NCBI GenBank assembly: GCA_038246075.1
Contig: JBBRRV010000001.1
Span: 20,008 to 84,007 of the forward strand
Direction of reading: 5' to 3'
Source: Bacteroidales bacterium
GTDB taxonomy: Bacteria; Bacteroidota; Bacteroidia; Bacteroidales; DASVHX01
DNA: 64,000 nt
How positions within the stretch are numbered: position 1 is the stretch's first letter; every line of letters begins with the position of its first letter. A program made the translations under genes and the position numbers. The notes beneath the pieces were generated by a model. That model had not been told where the DNA came from and made no database searches. It saw only the letters and a program-made list of their open reading frames with translations. Below, piece by piece: positions 60,563-64,000 of this stretch.

Positions 60563-60598
60563 TTTGTTTTTGATATCCCGGGATATTCTCTACTTTTG
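60563..60598 (+). promoter_or_regulatory. Bacteroidota-type promoter candidate for gatE (TTTG ... TACTTTTG) enclosing a perfect 14-bp palindrome
   Basis: The -7 box TACTTTTG at 60591-60598 lies 26 nt upstream of ATG 60624. TTTG elements lie at 60563-60566 and 60569-60572. The palindrome ATATCCCGGGATAT at 60573-60586 sits in the spacer. Confidence 0.4.
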
Positions 60599-60623
60599 GT
60601 CCTACGCTAAAAGGTCATCCAGC

Positions 60624-62597
60624 ATGAAAGAACCATTTGATTCGCTACAGAATTACGAGGATACAAAAAAAGCCGCCGGCTACGTCACACGCAAAGAGGC
60701 AACACAGGCAACCTATGATGCTATTGGCTTTATGTCGGGGCTGGAAGTTCACCAGCAACTGAAAACCACCGAAAAATTATTCTGCCGTTGTCCGGCAGGC
60801 GTTTTCCAGAAACCCGACCAATACGATGCTGAGGTAGTCCGGCATATGCGTCCCACCTTGAGCGAACTCGGCGAATATGACGGAACAGCACTCATGGAGT
60901 TTAAAACACGTAAAAATATTGTTTACCGGCTCCGCAACGTCACCACATGCACTTACGAAGTGGATGATACACCGCCATTCCCGCTTAACCGTGAAGCGCT
61001 GCAGATTTCCATTGAGATAGCACATCTCTCCAAATTGAACATTGTGGGTGAAGTGCATATCACCCGCAAACAATATCTCGATGGCAGCATCCCGACAGGC
61101 TTTCAGCGCACTGCCATTATCGGTGTGGAAGGCGAAATCCCACTCAAAAATAAAAAAATCCGCCTCATTCAACTTAGCCTGGAAGAGGATTCCTGTCGCG
61201 AAGTTTCAGACATTGGTCATACCCGCATTTACCGCACCGACAGGCTTGGCATGCCGCTTATTGAAACGGTGACTTACCCCGACATGGTAAATCCCGACGA
61301 GGTGAAGGAAGCCTGCGATTACATCCGCTTCCTCAACCGCAGCACTGGCAAGGTACGCACAGGCATGGGAGCCGGCCGCGAAGATGTAAATGTGAGCTGC
61401 AGGGGAGGATCACGCGTGGAGATTAAAGGGGTGGCACATACAAAATGGATCCCGGAGCTAACACATATCGAATGTTTCAGGCAATGGTCTTTACTGCAGA
61501 TGCGCGATCTGTTGCGCATACGTATCGCTGATGGTAAAAAATGGAAAATCCAATCTGAAGTACTCGATTACCATTCATTCAGGTTTGAATATGAGCCGCT
61601 TAAATTATCTAAAAACAACAAACATAAGATCATCGCTATCAACCTGCCTGGCTTCAAAGGGATGCTGTCGCATTTTACGCAGCCCGGAAAAATGTTTGCC
61701 AACGAGATATCTGAAAGGCTGAAGGTTATTGCCTGCCTCGAAGCCCCAAACCTCATCCATTCTGAACAGTTCGAGCAGCCGGTAAGTGCTGAAGATTTCG
61801 ATCGTATCCGGACCCTATTGAAGGCCGGCGGCGACGACGCCCAGCTCATTATCTGGGGGCCGGAAGAGGATATGGCTACAGCGCTCGAAAGTATTGAAGA
61901 GCGCTGCAAAATGGCCTTCGAAGGTGTTCCCAATGAAACCAGAAAATCATTTCCCGACGGAACAACCATATTCGAACGCGTACTTCCCGGAGCCGACCGC
62001 ATGTACCCTGATACTGATTCTGCTCCTATCCCGCTTGAAAACAGTTATATTGAGGAACTCAGCCATAATATACCCGATGAGGTGATTGGCCGGTATAACC
62101 AGATGAAAGCCTGGGGCATCCCCGAGGATACCTACACTTACATTTTCAAGAAAAACCTTTATCCGTTAATACTGCGTATTGTTGAAGAGTTGCAGGTAAA
62201 ACCTGTTTTTGCAGGAGTGCTTTTCGGACATACACTCAAATTTGTGGAGGGTCACTATACGCCATCAGCAGAATTCAATTTCCGCATTATCCACGCACTG
62301 ATCAAATATTTGAAAGAACAGGGACTGGCACTTGAAATGGCGCGCAAGATGCTGCCTGTCCTTTATCAGAACCCCAAAATGGATTTCGAATCGGTACTCA
62401 CAAGCATCAGGTTCAAACGCATCAGTCATCAGGAGATATTTTCGCACATTCCTTTCCTGAAGAAGAAATTTGCTGAAATCAGCGCCAACGGCAATGCGAA
62501 GAAGGAATCGGACTGGATCATGGGGCAATTGCGCAAAATGGCGCTGGGGAATATCAGCATGAAGGATCTCGTTGAAAAGATTAGCGGCGAAAAATAA
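60624..62597 (+). CDS. gatE: Glu-tRNA(Gln) amidotransferase subunit E (GatE, archaeal-type)
   Basis: GLEVHQQLKT.EKLFCRCP, RHMRPTLSELGEYDGTALME, CTYEVDDTPPFPLN and ITRKQYLDGSIPTGFQRTAIIG match my memory of GatE and differ from GatB, which has CPVC.G.PG. At 657 aa it is much longer than GatB. It is followed by gatD. I prefer ATG 60624 over the start at 60519 given in the ORF track. Confidence 0.85.
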   Translation: MKEPFDSLQNYEDTKKAAGYVTRKEATQATYDAIGFMSGLEVHQQLKTTEKLFCRCPAGVFQKPDQYDAEVVRHMRPTLSELGEYDGTALMEFKTRKNIVYRLRNVTTCTYEVDDTPPFPLNREALQISIEIAHLSKLNIVGEVHITRKQYLDGSIPTGFQRTAIIGVEGEIPLKNKKIRLIQLSLEEDSCREVSDIGHTRIYRTDRLGMPLIETVTYPDMVNPDEVKEACDYIRFLNRSTGKVRTGMGAGREDVNVSCRGGSRVEIKGVAHTKWIPELTHIECFRQWSLLQMRDLLRIRIADGKKWKIQSEVLDYHSFRFEYEPLKLSKNNKHKIIAINLPGFKGMLSHFTQPGKMFANEISERLKVIACLEAPNLIHSEQFEQPVSAEDFDRIRTLLKAGGDDAQLIIWGPEEDMATALESIEERCKMAFEGVPNETRKSFPDGTTIFERVLPGADRMYPDTDSAPIPLENSYIEELSHNIPDEVIGRYNQMKAWGIPEDTYTYIFKKNLYPLILRIVEELQVKPVFAGVLFGHTLKFVEGHYTPSAEFNFRIIHALIKYLKEQGLALEMARKMLPVLYQNPKMDFESVLTSIRFKRISHQEIFSHIPFLKKKFAEISANGNAKKESDWIMGQLRKMALGNISMKDLVEKISGEK

Positions 62598-62600
62598 GAA

Positions 62601-62737
62601 GGGGCGAGTGGGAGATGGGGAGATGGGGAGATGGGGCGAAATCTGTGAGGGGCGAGTGGTCAAGTAGGACAATTTTGATAATTTGAACTTGGAATTTGGA
62701 CCTTGGATCTTGGAATTTGGAATTTGGAATTTGGAAC
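62601..62737 (+). repeat. Intercistronic repeats: G-tract array (GGGGCGAGT, GGGAGAT, (GGGGAGAT)x2, GGGGCGA, ..., GGGGCGAG) followed by eight 7-bp TTGGAAT-type units
   Basis: Read directly. G-tracts lie at 62601-62652, and heptamers TTTGAAC/TTGGAAT/TTGGACC/TTGGATC/TTGGAAT x3/TTGGAAC at 62682-62737. Confidence 0.9.
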
Positions 62738-62762
62738 TTTTTAGGGCATTAAATAACAGAAA

Positions 62763-64000
62763 ATGAGCGAAGATTTTTTCCAGGGATATAAAGGAGCGGC
62801 ACTCGAAGTGCTGAAGAAATTTAATGTCAGGGTTTGGGGGCAGGCAACTGTTGCCACCTCGCGTGGTGCATTTATCGGCACTGTCCTGCCACGGTCGGAA
62901 AATGATGATGATCAGCATATTGTAATGAAAATACCTACAGGCTATAATGTGGGTTTGGATATCACAACGATCACCTCGATGAAGGAAACCGGATATAAGA
63001 AAGCCAATTATAAAATCCCGGAAAAGGAATTTCCAACAACGGTAGGTTTGCCAAAAGTGAAACTCATTGGTACGGGGGGTACCATCGCTTCCCGGCTCGA
63101 TTACCGCACTGGTGCGGTGATTCCTGCTTTTTCACCCGGAGAATTGTATGGGGCCGTTCCTGAGCTGGCACAAATATGTAACCTCACCACCGAAAAGATC
63201 TTTGCCGTTTTCAGCGAAAACATGGCTCCGGAGAATTATAAGAAGCTGGCTATAGCCATTGGAAAGGAAATTGAAAGCGGCGTGGATGGCATCGTAATAG
63301 GTCATGGCACCGATACACTTCACCATACCGCCGCAGCACTGACTTTTATGGTCCAGAATTCGCCCGTTCCCATCGTATTGGTGGGCTCGCAGCGATCCTC
63401 GGACCGTCCGAGTTCCGATGCTGCCCTTAACCTTATGCATGCCTGCACTGCCGCCGGACATGGCGATATCGCCGAGGTGATGGTTTGTATGTTTGGACCA
63501 ACATCGGATGAATATGGCTTCCTGCACCGTGGCACGCGTGTAAGGAAGATGCACTCATCCTACCGTTCTACCTTTCGAACCATCGGTGATACACCCCTGG
63601 CAACGGTTACCCGGGCAGGGGTAAAACCAATCAAACAGGACTACAAACCCCGCCGCAAGGACCGCAACGTTTCCATTTTACCTTATTTCGAAGAGAAGGT
63701 AGCTATCGTTTACTATTACCCAAATATGCAGCCTGACATCATCGATGCATTGGTGGCAAATGGTTACAAAGGAATTGTGATTGCCGGCACCGGGCTGGGA
63801 CATGTGAACAAGCCCATTTATCCTGCTATCGAGCGTGCCCATGCGGCTGGTGTTGCCATCTACATGACAGTGCAAACCCTCTGGGGTTATGTAGGCATGT
63901 TCGTTTACGATACAGGGCGTGATCTCATGGCAAAAGGCATCATTCCAACAGGAAACATGCTCCCCGAAGTTGCGTATATTAAATTAGGCTGGGCGCTGGG
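62763..64000 (+). CDS. gatD: Glu-tRNA(Gln) amidotransferase subunit D (GatD, archaeal-type), 5' partial (runs off the window)
   Basis: My own translation from ATG 62763 gives MSEDFFQGYKGAALEVLKKFNV...GQATVATSRGAFIGTVLPRSE... (small N-terminal domain). It is followed by asparaginase-type motifs LIGTGGTIASRLDYRTGAV and IGHGTDTLHHTAAAL, then VLVGSQRSSDRPSSDA. The frame is open to position 64000. It is absent from the ORF track because it has no stop codon inside the window. Confidence 0.85.
   Translation, partial: MSEDFFQGYKGAALEVLKKFNVRVWGQATVATSRGAFIGTVLPRSENDDDQHIVMKIPTGYNVGLDITTITSMKETGYKKANYKIPEKEFPTTVGLPKVKLIGTGGTIASRLDYRTGAVIPAFSPGELYGAVPELAQICNLTTEKIFAVFSENMAPENYKKLAIAIGKEIESGVDGIVIGHGTDTLHHTAAALTFMVQNSPVPIVLVGSQRSSDRPSSDAALNLMHACTAAGHGDIAEVMVCMFGPTSDEYGFLHRGTRVRKMHSSYRSTFRTIGDTPLATVTRAGVKPIKQDYKPRRKDRNVSILPYFEEKVAIVYYYPNMQPDIIDALVANGYKGIVIAGTGLGHVNKPIYPAIERAHAAGVAIYMTVQTLWGYVGMFVYDTGRDLMAKGIIPTGNMLPEVAYIKLGWAL

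Noticed and set aside
62265-62918. Minus-strand 217-aa ORF spanning the gatE end, the repeat spacer and the gatD start (also 63132..63554, 140 aa)
   Set aside because: It is antisense to two well-supported genes and reads through the repeat arrays (QIPNSKIQGPNSKF... text). It is a shadow ORF.

Overview
The window is a largely syntenic, housekeeping-rich stretch of a Bacteroidota chromosome. The phylum call rests on the type IX secretion / gliding core porP-gldK-gldL-gldM-gldN, an SprE/PorW-like lipoprotein, a T9SS type-B C-terminal-domain cargo protein, the lptE-secG-groES-groEL neighbourhood, and TAnnTTTG-type promoter boxes. I could support about 45 protein-coding genes. They include dxr, rseP, recG, pheT, groES/groEL, mazG, glyA, guaB, mutA/mutB, ridA, parvulin-type PPIases, MoxR, an M16 peptidase pair, an S46 peptidase, two adjacent histidine kinases, and an outer-membrane biogenesis group (LptD-like, amidase-SPOR, MlaD, OstA-like). 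I found no rRNA, tRNA, CRISPR array, transposase, integrase, or recognisable defence island. Two things stand out. (1) At the right edge lies a gatE-gatD pair, the heterodimeric Glu-tRNA(Gln) amidotransferase that textbook knowledge treats as archaeal. It sits behind a native-looking Bacteroidota promoter, and the two cistrons are separated by a repeat-filled 165-bp spacer. (2) Many intergenic spacers are built from strand-asymmetric, short-period (7, 8, 9 or 14 bp) degenerate tandem repeats. These include AGGCAWW heptamers, CTAGGCACT nonamers, arrays containing GGGGCGAG, TTGGAAT heptamers and CTTTCTC heptamers, and they usually start within a few nucleotides of stop codons. Two convergent-gene spacers about 41 kb apart share the same composite architecture, and two arrays are canonical G-quadruplex motifs. 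The rest is ordinary core genome. All functional calls come from reading motifs in the supplied translations; no database search was run.
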